From NCBI GenBank assembly GCA_947629265.1, contig CANRCZ010000004.1, forward strand, positions 1 through 60,146: 60,146 nt of DNA, read 5' to 3'. The notes under the pieces were generated by a model. It was not told where the DNA came from and ran no database searches. It was given only the letters and a program-made list of their open reading frames with translations. This DNA is from an uncultured Bacilli bacterium (GTDB taxonomy: Bacteria > Bacillota_I > Bacilli_A > RF39 > UBA660). Made by a program: the position numbers and the translations under genes. Of the stretch, positions 25,377 through 35,633 are shown piece by piece. How positions within the stretch are numbered: the first letter of the stretch is position 1; the number at the start of each line of letters is the position of its first letter.

Positions 25377-26429
25377 CTATCTATGTAGATTATTTTGTTT
25401 GCTATCCGCTACAATAGTTATGTCGTTGTGATTTAATAAGTTAAGTATTTTATTGTTTTCGATCATAACAACTGGTCTATCAGGACAGCCGATATTGTTT
25501 TTATAGACAATACCTATACAACCGTTTGACAAAGTGACCTCTTCACCTAGTTTATAGAACGCTACTGTTCTAATTAAGGTATTAAGTATTTTATGGGAAT
25601 AGAACGTATCACTATGGCTTTGCATCTCGCCTAAGGCTTCGATTGGGGTTTTGTCGTTATCGTTAACTAAAGTATCGTAATCGGTACAAACTCTTAATAT
25701 TTTTGATTCGATCGATATATGTTCGTCATCATGATGCAATAAACCACTACCATCGACGTTTTCCTTATAGAATGCTATAGAGCTTAGGGTTTTAAGATTT
25801 ATATTAGTGTTATCGCTTAAGTAGCCAGCCATAAATAAGTTATTAGCTTCATTTATATATTTATAAGCGATCGATTCTTCACCGAAATATTTTTTTACAG
25901 CTTCGTTATTTGATAAGAAACATTCACCTAAGTTATGTAGTAAGCCAGCGATAGCGATATTATTTAGCATCGATATATCTTTAATACCTATATGTTTAGC
26001 GACTGCTAATGATGTTAGACAGACATTTAAACTTTTTTCGTAGATTTGATTATGTTTATTTCTTAAGTTTTGCATACTGTCTAAAAATATTTCTTCTTTG
26101 TTCACTACTTGCAAGACAATATCTTTAGCGTATTTAATAATATCATCGATATTTTTATGTTCTAAGGCCATCGTTAATTTTTTTCTAGTATCTAATTCGA
26201 TGATATCATCTAGCTGGATATTTGGGTGTTCATCCATTACATATAGATCTTTAACTCCCGTTTTCATTAAGAAATTTTTTCTTCGTTCGTTTATTTTATT
26301 ACCTTTTCTAATTACAAAGTAAATACTTAAGTTGACGTTATCTTCAGTTATTTTTTGGTTGTAGAAATTATAAATATCTGTTGCTACTACGTCGCCATCT
26401 TGTAATTCTTCTGCTTTTATTCTTTTCAT
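25377..26429 (-). CDS. HD-GYP-like domain protein with degenerate catalytic motifs
   Basis: LLHNLGE stands where LLHDIGK is expected. YKENVDGSGLL stands where HHErwDGsGYP is expected. ILRVCTDYDTL matches the C-terminal helix. The start is taken at the ATG after the AGAGGTG Shine-Dalgarno. Confidence 0.7.
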   Translation of the reverse strand: MKRIKAEELQDGDVVATDIYNFYNQKITEDNVNLSIYFVIRKGNKINERRKNFLMKTGVKDLYVMDEHPNIQLDDIIELDTRKKLTMALEHKNIDDIIKYAKDIVLQVVNKEEIFLDSMQNLRNKHNQIYEKSLNVCLTSLAVAKHIGIKDISMLNNIAIAGLLHNLGECFLSNNEAVKKYFGEESIAYKYINEANNLFMAGYLSDNTNINLKTLSSIAFYKENVDGSGLLHHDDEHISIESKILRVCTDYDTLVNDNDKTPIEALGEMQSHSDTFYSHKILNTLIRTVAFYKLGEEVTLSNGCIGIVYKNNIGCPDRPVVMIENNKILNLLNHNDITIVADSKQNNLHR

Positions 26430-26488
26430 ATGCACCTCTATTTTAATAATAAATCATCAATATAATTATGTCAATAAATTTACGTCAT

Positions 26489-27127
26489 TTATTTGAATTC
26501 GACGTAAGGTATTCCTATTTTGGTATAGATATCTCTAGCTCTTGGTAAGGAAAATATTCTAGCTATTAAAAGATTATAAAATTCATCGATTAGAATAATT
26601 GTACATAATGTTATACTGATCGTTAGAAATAATTTTTTGTTCATTTTTTTAGCTAGTAAGAAACATAAGGGAATGATTATGTAGATAAGTAATAAACTCG
26701 ATAGTCCAAAAAAGAGAACGCTTCTTAGACATACGAAACCGTTTATGTTTCCAAAGTTTAGTATTTCTTTGTTGTAGTCCCAACATCTTAATCCATCGCC
26801 TATTATGTACATTCCAAGGCCAGAAAAGTATTCTAAGATACCGGTTGATATAAAGCTTATAAGAAAGACTTTTAAAGGTTTTTTTCTATGTTTATAGGTT
26901 AGGAAATATATCATCAAGGAACCGGTTGCATAGATATTTATCCATGGTAAGAAATTACCACCTCGCCAGTAGAAGCTGACTCTACCACCGTTAAAGTAAT
27001 AGAAGATAAATTCGTATAGGAAGCCAAACATTCCTGTGATTACGATTAGTAAACAAAAAATACCTAACATGGTTGTTTTATCAAAATCATGATCTTTTTC
27101 TAAGTAATCTTTATATTTTGTTTTCAA
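26489..27127 (-). CDS. Polytopic membrane protein, family uncertain
   Basis: About six hydrophobic segments. No motif that I can name with confidence. Confidence 0.6.
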   Translation of the reverse strand: MKTKYKDYLEKDHDFDKTTMLGIFCLLIVITGMFGFLYEFIFYYFNGGRVSFYWRGGNFLPWINIYATGSLMIYFLTYKHRKKPLKVFLISFISTGILEYFSGLGMYIIGDGLRCWDYNKEILNFGNINGFVCLRSVLFFGLSSLLLIYIIIPLCFLLAKKMNKKLFLTISITLCTIILIDEFYNLLIARIFSLPRARDIYTKIGIPYVEFK

Positions 27128-27151
27128 GATAAAACCTACTTTCTTTTTATT

Positions 27152-28249
27152 TTAATATGCACTTGTTATTCCAAAATAGGTTTCTAAGGTTATCCAGTCA
27201 CCATTGTTATAAAGTTTGGTCGCTAAATCTTCACCTACGTAACGAAAGTGCCATGATTCATACATATAACCTGTTTCGTTATCTTTACCTTTAGGATATC
27301 TTAAGATGAAACCATATTTGTAACAATTATTAGCTAGCCATTTAGCTTCTTTGGTATTATCGAAAGCTGGGCTTATGGTATTGACGTCATAGGCTAAGCC
27401 GGTTTGATGCTCAGAATGTCCAGGACGGGCTGAGTATGTATCGGCTTTAGCTTTTCCATCTTGTTTTACGTAATTATTGTAGATACTATTTTGTCTAGTA
27501 TATGAACGAAAGCCACTTGAAATATATATATTTAATCCCTCTTTACTGGCTGCTGTTTTCATTTTGTTAAAGGCATTTAGGGTCGTACTTGTTAAGCCAT
27601 TACCATAGTTAGATGGTAGTGAGTATGTTTTATTGACAACTAGAATGCCGTCTATATATGTTACTCCTCCTTTGGTTACACCTTTAAAACCTTTTGAGGT
27701 TGTAAAGTTTTTCGTTACTATGTTAGCTGAGTTTGATTTAGCGGTTACGGTTAATTTTGCTTCTTCTTTAGCTTCGTTACCGCTTGCATCTTTAGCGATA
27801 TAATATATTTTATATTCGCCAGCTTTGTTTAAGTCGTATTTTCCATCGACTGTTACTTTGATTTCTTCTTTTGAGTTATCACTAGCGGTTACATTTTTTA
27901 ATAAATCGGTTTTGGTACCAGCTTCTATTTTTATTTCTTTTTGATAGTTGATAATTGGTTTTTCGGTATCGATGATATCGATTTTGAATTCGTATGTATG
28001 TTTTCTTTTGATAAAATCTAACACTTGAACGGTAATTTTAGTTTGACCTAATTTTTTTGTGTTTATTTTTTTATTGTCTACTAGTTCACCCTTTTTAACG
28101 AGGATTATTTCGTCTAATCTTGTTTCTTGGTTTAAAGGGATAGTCTTTTTATTTAATGTGACACTTGGTTGGTTTAAGTAATAAAATATTAAACATCCTG
28201 AAATCAATACTATTATAAGTAATATGATGATTATTATCTTCTTTTTCAT
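27152..28249 (-). CDS. VanY / peptidase M15B-type D-alanyl-D-alanine carboxypeptidase with N-terminal anchor and Ig-like domain
   Basis: SGFRSYTRQ, ARPGHSEHQTGLAYDV and ESWHFRYVG (a zinc-ligand pattern). The start is taken at MKKKIII after the GAGGAG Shine-Dalgarno. Confidence 0.85.
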   Translation of the reverse strand: MKKKIIIIILLIIVLISGCLIFYYLNQPSVTLNKKTIPLNQETRLDEIILVKKGELVDNKKINTKKLGQTKITVQVLDFIKRKHTYEFKIDIIDTEKPIINYQKEIKIEAGTKTDLLKNVTASDNSKEEIKVTVDGKYDLNKAGEYKIYYIAKDASGNEAKEEAKLTVTAKSNSANIVTKNFTTSKGFKGVTKGGVTYIDGILVVNKTYSLPSNYGNGLTSTTLNAFNKMKTAASKEGLNIYISSGFRSYTRQNSIYNNYVKQDGKAKADTYSARPGHSEHQTGLAYDVNTISPAFDNTKEAKWLANNCYKYGFILRYPKGKDNETGYMYESWHFRYVGEDLATKLYNNGDWITLETYFGITSAY

Positions 28250-28333
28250 GGTACTGCTCCTCACTACTATTATTAATTTAATTATACAATATTTTTGGTT
28301 AGGTGTCGACTTAATTTGCCATAATTTTCGGAT

Positions 28334-28362
28334 TTTACAATTTTATAAAATTATTGTATAAT
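28334..28362 (+). promoter_or_regulatory. Near-consensus promoter positioned for a leaderless transcript
   Basis: TTTACA (28334-28339), a 17-nt spacer ending in TG, then TATAAT (28357-28362). The ATG at 28369 begins 7 nt after the -10 element, with no Shine-Dalgarno in between. Confidence 0.55.
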
Positions 28363-28368
28363 TTAGTT

Positions 28369-29061
28369 ATGAGCAGATTAGAAGATTTAGAAATTGGCAA
28401 GAGAACGCTATATTCTTCGGGATATTTTTCTGGTGATTATAATCAAGATTTATATTTGAAAAGATCGGTCGATGATGGTTCTAATAAGCCAAAGTTTTAC
28501 ATTAGTGTTTTTTCGATGATAGATGGTCGTTTATCGCAACAAGGTTATTTGTATTTTTATTTGGATTTTGAGAAAAAAACGAGTGATTTTATTGGGATTA
28601 TGGTTGAAGAAAATTATCGTAACTTAAATATCAGTTCTTTTTTAGTAGCTAATTGGATTGATCTATGTTTGAATAATGGTTTTGATTTTTTAGGTACTAA
28701 TGAAAATCAACGGAAACCATTTTTGTTATATTTATTAAAAACGTATGGTTTTGAAATACTTGATAAGTCACTATATGTTGATCGACCTGATGTGATTTCT
28801 ATATGTAAAAGTCGTGATAAGAATGATAAGCGAAAGTTCTTACTATTTAGGGATGCTAAGCATGAGAACACTTTTGTCAATATGAATGTCTATAAGAACG
28901 ATAATTATGAAATTGTTCATGATCGTAATGATTTAATACATTTAGATGATGTTATCATACCGCTTCAGGGACGCAAAAGGAATGAGGTTAAGTACGAGTT
29001 ACTAGATTATGCACAAGCTATTAACAAGGCTGATACGGTTATTGCAAGGCATAGAAGATAA
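28369..29061 (+). CDS. Hypothetical protein with a GNAT-like central region
   Basis: IGIMVEENYRNLNISSFLVANWIDLCLNNGFDFLG...LLKTYGFE resembles an acetyltransferase core with a degenerate motif A. The ORF-track start at 28354 lies inside the -10 element. Confidence 0.6.
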   Translation: MSRLEDLEIGKRTLYSSGYFSGDYNQDLYLKRSVDDGSNKPKFYISVFSMIDGRLSQQGYLYFYLDFEKKTSDFIGIMVEENYRNLNISSFLVANWIDLCLNNGFDFLGTNENQRKPFLLYLLKTYGFEILDKSLYVDRPDVISICKSRDKNDKRKFLLFRDAKHENTFVNMNVYKNDNYEIVHDRNDLIHLDDVIIPLQGRKRNEVKYELLDYAQAINKADTVIARHRR

Positions 29062-29090
29062 AAAATACATTCGTTGTTGAATGTATTTTT
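29061..29090. terminator. Bidirectional terminator between convergent genes
   Basis: AAAAATACATTC-GTTGTT-GAATGTATTTTT, a 12-bp stem flanked by A and T runs. Confidence 0.7.
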
Positions 29091-29622
29091 ATTTGCTAAT
29101 TGGCTTCTTTTTTTTGATTATAATTAAAACTATAATAGCTGATAATGCACATATCATCGTTACAATTTTTATAGGCATTGATTGATTATAAATGTTTTTA
29201 TTTTGGTTTAAACATTTTTTTATATCTTCGTTATTTCTTATTTTTGATATTATATCACAGTAATCATCTTTATCTTCGTATGATTTTATTGCTTTTGTTA
29301 AATTATTTTTTATCTTGTTAAATCCTACAAAGTAATTTGTTCCGATAACGACAAGTGGTTCATTATCTTTTTTTAGTTTTAATGTGTTTTTAACTTTTTT
29401 ATTTAATTCTTTATTTTCTTCTATTTTAATGTATTCTATTCTAATGTTATTTTTACCTTTTAATTCTTCTTCTACCCATTTTTTAGTTTTGTCACAGTCT
29501 TTACATTCTTCTTGGTAGAAAAAGTATAATTGGGTACTATCGTATGAAGAGTTTGTTGCTAATGCTTTAGCGGTAAATGGTATTAACATTGTAATTATCA
29601 ACAAATATATTATTTTTTTCAA
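29089..29622 (-). CDS. Membrane-anchored thioredoxin/glutaredoxin-like CxxC protein
   Basis: Signal-like N-terminus (M)KKIIYLLIITMLIPFTAKA, starting at a TTG after the AGAGGTGA Shine-Dalgarno. A CKDC motif sits in a thioredoxin-fold-like context. The C-terminal transmembrane segment is IVTMICALSAIIVLIII followed by KKKK. Confidence 0.65.
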   Translation of the reverse strand: MKKIIYLLIITMLIPFTAKALATNSSYDSTQLYFFYQEECKDCDKTKKWVEEELKGKNNIRIEYIKIEENKELNKKVKNTLKLKKDNEPLVVIGTNYFVGFNKIKNNLTKAIKSYEDKDDYCDIISKIRNNEDIKKCLNQNKNIYNQSMPIKIVTMICALSAIIVLIIIKKKKPISK

Positions 29623-29642
29623 ATTATCACCTCTAATATATA

Positions 29643-29666
29643 AAGGTGTGAGTTTTATCACACCTT
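29643..29666 (-). terminator. Intercistronic hairpin (possible attenuator or processing site) between the giant gene and the CxxC gene
   Basis: AAGGTGTGA-N6-TCACACCTT, a 9-bp stem followed on the minus strand by TATATATT. Confidence 0.45.
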
Positions 29667-29674
29667 ATTATTTT

Positions 29675-32600
29675 TTAACCCTCGTATATTTCAGCACCTG
29701 TAGTAGCTTTATGCCATTTTTTACAATCTTCATAGAATTTTTTAAAATCATCAACTGTTAATTGCTTATCACTTTTTGATAAAAATTCAATTGGAGACTT
29801 AATTTCTGTTTTATTAACATTGTCAAACTTAACATTTATTTTGTTATCATTATATTGTGTTCCACTTGTTGCTGTAACGCTGAAATTTTGTGTTGTTTCC
29901 ATACTTACTAAGTATTTTTCTTCAGCATCTAATACTACTTTTAAAACGACGTTATTATTTTCAGTTGTTCCATCTTCTTGTTTTTCTTGAGTTTGGTCTT
30001 CTTTACCATAAACAGTTTCACTCATATAGGCATTATTTAACCAATTATTCAATTTATCTTTATTTAATGTTACGTTATATGTATGTTCTTCACCATCTAC
30101 TGGTTGAACTTTTTTAATAGCATTGATATCATCAGCGGTTGTTTGTTTCATAACATCTTGTAATAAAGATATTTCATGGTATCCTTTACTTACTTTTGTA
30201 AAGAAATTACCAAATTCCCAATCATTTATTTTAGCTCTACATACACCATTTTTACATTCTGATTGTTCTTTCGCTTTTCTTACTTGAATTATAATAGGAC
30301 CTTTATGTGATGTATCTACTGTATTATATTTGAATGTGTATTCAACGTCATCTTTACCATCGTTATAAAGGGTTAAGTCTTTTGCTTTATCGTATTTAAA
30401 AGTAAAATTTTCTACTCCACCTTTAATTTTATTATCCTTAGTAATAGTAAGACTATTAGCATCCTGTGTATTTTTAGATGCAGTATTTATTTTTTCTTCC
30501 AAAGTTGTAACGTCACTATAATCAATTTCATAAGTTTCTGGTTCGTAAGTTTCTTCTTCACCATCAACATCTAAATTAATAGTATATAATTTACCACGCT
30601 CACCAGTAATTTTACTTGATTTGATTGCTTCTAATGGTAAACTAATTGTTTGTGAACCATTAAAGCTATAACTAGTTGAATTATTATTTGGATCTATAAC
30701 ATTTACTGTTGTGTTGTTGTTAAATTTATTATCTGCAAAAGTTAATGTTACTGGTATTATGTACTTACCATCACCATTTTGTTCAGTTAAGGTACCTGAA
30801 ATTTCACCATTTTGTTCAGTTAAACCATTAGCACTTTGATAACTAATAGCTGCTGATGGTTTCTTTTTATAAGCTGCATAATATTTAGCATCTCCAGTTA
30901 GTGTTTCATTATCAAAATTTTCTACTTTTCTTTTAGTTGGAATAGTTCCTAATTTTTCATCTCCATTTGTTTCGGTTATATGCCATCCTTCAAATTCATA
31001 TTGATCCATTTCCTCTTTATGTTTTTCTTCTAAAGAGGTTCTGAATTCTTGAATTTCAGAGTTTGAGATTTTATCACCATGATGATAAAACTTAACTAAA
31101 GAAATAGCAGCTCCAGACTTGTCTCTATCAATTGGATCATGGAATGTTATCGTATAGAATTTTGCATGATGACCATCTTTATAATAACATTTGTCATATA
31201 ATACACCATGTTCATCATTTGTTGCATGCTTTCTAGCGATTGGATAATAGCGATCATTTGATGACATATTTTTAGATGTTACAATATTTTTAATTTCTTC
31301 TTTTGAATCTCTTAGAACTCTTATTGTAGGTACATCATAGTTTTCACTATCATTTTTTACATTAGATGCATTCAATGTTCCACCTGATATAATAATTCCT
31401 GCATTATATTCTTTCTCATCAGTTGTAAATTCTTCTGTTTCAATACCTGATACATCTATGTTATCAACAGTAACAGTTCCACTTTCAACCTTTAATTGAG
31501 ATTTAGTACCACCTGTTAATTTTAGGTTTTTGATAGTTACTGTTCCTGATTTAACATCAACAACATATTTCTTGTTCTCAGCTGTTAATTTTACTAAACT
31601 TTCACTATCACCGATAGAATTAATAGTTACATCCTTTTCGATACTTAAAGTATCACTTAAATTATAATCTCCATCTATATAGATAGTATTATAATCACTA
31701 GATAAAGCTGTATTAATATCTTTAACACCTAAGTCATCATCTTGGTCTACAACAACAAAATCAGAATTAAATGTAAAGTTATAAGTTTTATCTTCATCAC
31801 TACTAATTTCAGTTTCATCTGAATTAACTAATTTAATTGAATCGATTTTATTACCAATTTTTATTGAAAATGATTTCTTAGCATACGCTAATTGATCTAA
31901 AGTAGTGTTTTCTTCTTGATTTTCTAATTCGGCATCAAATGCATCCTTAGCACTTTTAACTATTTCTGCCTTTAAAGTTTTACCAGTGGCATCTAATAAA
32001 TCTCTATTGGAGCTATCAGTAAATTGTTTATCGCTATCATCTGTATATCCAATTGTATATTGTTTACTATGAGCACCAACTGTCAAAGTAATATCTTCTA
32101 TTTCATCTTTTTGTAAAACATATGCTATTGCACCTGGAATACTTGTATTTGCAAGTTCAGTTAAATTTATATTTGGAGCATCAGCATTGATTTTAATATT
32201 ATTATTGTTATCAGTATCTTGAGTTAGATGAAATTTATTATTAAAATTATTTGAATAAGTTGTATTATCACTATTTAAATCACTAATAACGTCTTCTACA
32301 AATTTATCTACGTTTAATGTATAATGAGCAATTAATTTTTTATCAGTATGAATATCAGTCAAACTTTCAACTTTATTAGATTCATCATACCAACCATCAA
32401 AAGTACGATATGCTTTTTCTTTTTCAGGGATTTCTATTGTTGGCAAGCTAGCAATATCATCACCTGTTCTAACATATTGTGTTTCTGGATTAGTTAGAGA
32501 ACCAGCATCAAATTCAATTGCCAAATCTTCTGTAATACCAACGTTATAAGTTACTGATTCTGCATCACTACCTAATAATTTAGCAACATCCTTTTTAGGA

Positions 32601-35600
32601 GTAATTGTTATAGCTAAACCATTATCAACGGCATGCCATTTTTGATATAAATCATCTAAAGTTTTATCTCCATTGTTTCCAGTTGTTACAGTATCAAGGA
32701 AATTCTTTAGTTCACTTTCAACTTGTGTTTTTATTTCACTTTCTGATTTATTAGAACTATTAGTAAATTCTTGTTCATTACTATCTAAACTTACTTTAAT
32801 ATTATCAATTTCACCAGAAGCTAGAGCATGAGCAATTGTTGATGCAATAGCTGTATCTGTTATTTCACTAATTTTTTTAGTTTTATTTAATATATCAAGT
32901 ACTAATTTGTTTTCACTTTCAGATACGAATTTAAATGTATCTTTTGCACTTTCTTTACCATTAATATGTGAAATAGCATCAGTAATATATTGATTTACAT
33001 CAATTTCCCAAATTGGATATAAAGTTATATCTTTAGTAATTTGTGTTTCACTTTTATTTTGTTCATCAAATTTAAATTCACTATCAGCTGTTTCGTCATC
33101 TATATTCCAATGACCAAATGTATTATATTGATGATCATCTTTGTCATCTTTTGCTTTAGTTGGATTTGCTGGTTTTACTAATTTTTCACCATCGTAGACA
33201 TAACTTTTAGTCTCTTTATCAGTTTTATAAGTTACAGTGTGTAAATCAACTAAATCAATATTATCATCATCATATTTTATATTATATTCTTTACTTTCAA
33301 GATAATTTTTCTTATCATCACCATCACTATCGATTTTAATTTTTAAATCTTTTGGCGATGATTTATCTTCTTTTGAAATGTGTTGTAAAATAGTTAAGAC
33401 TTTTTTATCTTCATCAAAATCATCATAATCAAATGTTTTTGTTATGCTATCACCAGTTGTTATTACGACTTTAACATCTTCTGTTACAACCTCTGGTTTA
33501 ATTGTAAAAGTATAGAAATATGAATCTAAATCTTTTGTTTCAAAACCGTCAGTTAATATTTGTTCTTTAATTGTTCCACTTAAGGTTTCAGTTTCAGCAT
33601 TATACACTAAATTTCCTTTGTTGTGTTCAGTATTATCTGAACTTAGTGTAATATCATCTGGAAATTTATATCCCCAGCTAATTATTTTATCCTTATCTGA
33701 TTTAGGAATATCACAAGTTGAACTACTAACAACGTTAATTGAAGCTGTTGTTTTTTCTTGTAATGTTAATTCACTCCAATCTACTGTTAATGTGTATGGA
33801 GCATATTCATCACCAGCTTCACCATCCATATCGACAACGACTGTAAATTTTTTATCGCTATCGTTATTATGTAAATGTTTTAACATGTATAATTTTTTAT
33901 TTTCATCAAAATTAGTAGCTGTTAAAGTTTTAGTTTCTTCACCATCAATTATTTGAACAGTTGTATCATTTGTTTTATCTGTTTCAGTAGTAATCGTAAA
34001 TGGTAAATAATAACCTGTTTTTCCTTCCTCGTCGAATGGAGCTTTTTCACTAGTCAATTCTACTATTGGAAGGAATTTTGATACTTTTACAGTTGTACCT
34101 TCTGTATTAAATTCAGCATTTAAATCACTTGGTTTAGTCCATCCATATGACTCATTTAAAGCTTTTGTAGCAGACTCATCAGCAGCTATAATATTTGATT
34201 TAGAACTTTTAACGAATTTTAACCCTGAATAATTGATTGTAATTTTTTCTGAAGGTAAATATTCTTTACCACTATCGCCATCCCAGTCGACAGTAATTTC
34301 TATTTTGCAAGTTTCATCTTTACATTGATTATCCAATTTGAATAAATTTGAATATACTCCATTAGCATCAAAATACTCTTTACCAAATGTTTTAGTTTCT
34401 TTTCCGGTTACTGTTACTTTAACACTATCTGGAACACTTTTTAATTCGGTTGGTTTCTTAAGATTGAATAAGAAATAATATCCATCTTCACCATTTTCAG
34501 CGAATACTTTAGCATTGGTATGTTGTAATTCAATTTTACCAGTTAAAGAATATGTACCATCTTCTTGTTTTTCTAGTTTATAATGTTTATTTTCTCCAGT
34601 TGGAATAGTATATCCCCAACTAGTTAATGTTGCTTTATTTTCACTAGAAACATCAGTATCAGCATCGGTTAATTCACCTTTAGAAGCAGTTTGAAATCTT
34701 AATCCACTTAAATCTAAAGTATAAGAGGTTGCTTCATATTCATCTAAACTACCATCTAAATCGACTGTTATAGTTATACGTGAATTAGCTTTCCAATCAT
34801 CGATATCTACTGGTACTAATACTACCTTACTAAAATCGCTAGTAGCTTTAGTAGCAATTAAATTAGTTCTATAATTAGCTATTTTAGCTGTAGCAGAATC
34901 AACTTTTATTCCAAAATCTTCCCAGTCAATAGTTCCATCAATTCCCATGCCAGAAACTTTAACTGTAGTTTTATCAGTTGCATTTGGAATATCTAAAGCA
35001 TATGCAAAGAAATATGGTGTATCATATTTAGCTTTATCTTCTGCGCTAAGTTTTAATTCTTCATTTTTTAATAGTAATCCACTTACTTTACCATCTGAAG
35101 AAATAGTTAATCCTTCTTCACCATATGCTTCTTCTGGAGTAAATCCTAAGTTATTACTATTTAATAATTGTTGATATGCCTCATTTTCTGCTAAATTTTG
35201 TTGTAATTTCAAATTTGATTTTTCAGCATAATGTGTATAATCGATATATCTAATATCAAATTTTTCACCTAATTGAACACTACCTACAGCATTTTTACCA
35301 TTTTTCCAACCTGTCACGTTAAATTTAGAATCATAAGTTGGTTCAACTAGTTGAATATTCATTTTTTTATAAAGTTCCTCTCGACTAATATCTTCATTAG
35401 CTTCAATACTACGAGAGGCAAACATTATATCTTCTTGTTTTAATTTATAAGTTGATGTAAAAGCATAATGCCCTATTACATAAATATAGTTTGTATCTGG
35501 TTTTAATTTTAAAGCTTCTTTTCCTAATTCATTTCTATCCATTTCTCTTGCGAAAACACCAGTTGTTGATAAAAAGAATGATAATAATGTAATCGCTATT

Positions 35601-35617
35601 AATTTATGTTTATTCAT
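29675..35617 (-). CDS. Giant secreted/surface repeat protein (1980 aa)
   Basis: Signal peptide MNKHKLIAITLLSFFLSTTGVFA. Five divergent modules of roughly 130 aa each end in (V/I)DxDG..(D/E)EY...Y.(I/L)(D/N)(Y/W)S. Three Listeria-Bacteroides-type repeats are present (TFGHWNIDD, RTFDGWYDE, YEFEGWHIT). Two helical modules are present. One segment looks like a beta-helix (VTIKNLKLTGG..VTVDNIDVSG). No LPXTG motif. Confidence 0.85.
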   Translation of the reverse strand: MNKHKLIAITLLSFFLSTTGVFAREMDRNELGKEALKLKPDTNYIYVIGHYAFTSTYKLKQEDIMFASRSIEANEDISREELYKKMNIQLVEPTYDSKFNVTGWKNGKNAVGSVQLGEKFDIRYIDYTHYAEKSNLKLQQNLAENEAYQQLLNSNNLGFTPEEAYGEEGLTISSDGKVSGLLLKNEELKLSAEDKAKYDTPYFFAYALDIPNATDKTTVKVSGMGIDGTIDWEDFGIKVDSATAKIANYRTNLIATKATSDFSKVVLVPVDIDDWKANSRITITVDLDGSLDEYEATSYTLDLSGLRFQTASKGELTDADTDVSSENKATLTSWGYTIPTGENKHYKLEKQEDGTYSLTGKIELQHTNAKVFAENGEDGYYFLFNLKKPTELKSVPDSVKVTVTGKETKTFGKEYFDANGVYSNLFKLDNQCKDETCKIEITVDWDGDSGKEYLPSEKITINYSGLKFVKSSKSNIIAADESATKALNESYGWTKPSDLNAEFNTEGTTVKVSKFLPIVELTSEKAPFDEEGKTGYYLPFTITTETDKTNDTTVQIIDGEETKTLTATNFDENKKLYMLKHLHNNDSDKKFTVVVDMDGEAGDEYAPYTLTVDWSELTLQEKTTASINVVSSSTCDIPKSDKDKIISWGYKFPDDITLSSDNTEHNKGNLVYNAETETLSGTIKEQILTDGFETKDLDSYFYTFTIKPEVVTEDVKVVITTGDSITKTFDYDDFDEDKKVLTILQHISKEDKSSPKDLKIKIDSDGDDKKNYLESKEYNIKYDDDNIDLVDLHTVTYKTDKETKSYVYDGEKLVKPANPTKAKDDKDDHQYNTFGHWNIDDETADSEFKFDEQNKSETQITKDITLYPIWEIDVNQYITDAISHINGKESAKDTFKFVSESENKLVLDILNKTKKISEITDTAIASTIAHALASGEIDNIKVSLDSNEQEFTNSSNKSESEIKTQVESELKNFLDTVTTGNNGDKTLDDLYQKWHAVDNGLAITITPKKDVAKLLGSDAESVTYNVGITEDLAIEFDAGSLTNPETQYVRTGDDIASLPTIEIPEKEKAYRTFDGWYDESNKVESLTDIHTDKKLIAHYTLNVDKFVEDVISDLNSDNTTYSNNFNNKFHLTQDTDNNNNIKINADAPNINLTELANTSIPGAIAYVLQKDEIEDITLTVGAHSKQYTIGYTDDSDKQFTDSSNRDLLDATGKTLKAEIVKSAKDAFDAELENQEENTTLDQLAYAKKSFSIKIGNKIDSIKLVNSDETEISSDEDKTYNFTFNSDFVVVDQDDDLGVKDINTALSSDYNTIYIDGDYNLSDTLSIEKDVTINSIGDSESLVKLTAENKKYVVDVKSGTVTIKNLKLTGGTKSQLKVESGTVTVDNIDVSGIETEEFTTDEKEYNAGIIISGGTLNASNVKNDSENYDVPTIRVLRDSKEEIKNIVTSKNMSSNDRYYPIARKHATNDEHGVLYDKCYYKDGHHAKFYTITFHDPIDRDKSGAAISLVKFYHHGDKISNSEIQEFRTSLEEKHKEEMDQYEFEGWHITETNGDEKLGTIPTKRKVENFDNETLTGDAKYYAAYKKKPSAAISYQSANGLTEQNGEISGTLTEQNGDGKYIIPVTLTFADNKFNNNTTVNVIDPNNNSTSYSFNGSQTISLPLEAIKSSKITGERGKLYTINLDVDGEEETYEPETYEIDYSDVTTLEEKINTASKNTQDANSLTITKDNKIKGGVENFTFKYDKAKDLTLYNDGKDDVEYTFKYNTVDTSHKGPIIIQVRKAKEQSECKNGVCRAKINDWEFGNFFTKVSKGYHEISLLQDVMKQTTADDINAIKKVQPVDGEEHTYNVTLNKDKLNNWLNNAYMSETVYGKEDQTQEKQEDGTTENNNVVLKVVLDAEEKYLVSMETTQNFSVTATSGTQYNDNKINVKFDNVNKTEIKSPIEFLSKSDKQLTVDDFKKFYEDCKKWHKATTGAEIYEG

Positions 35618-35633
35618 ATTTGTTACTCCTTTC

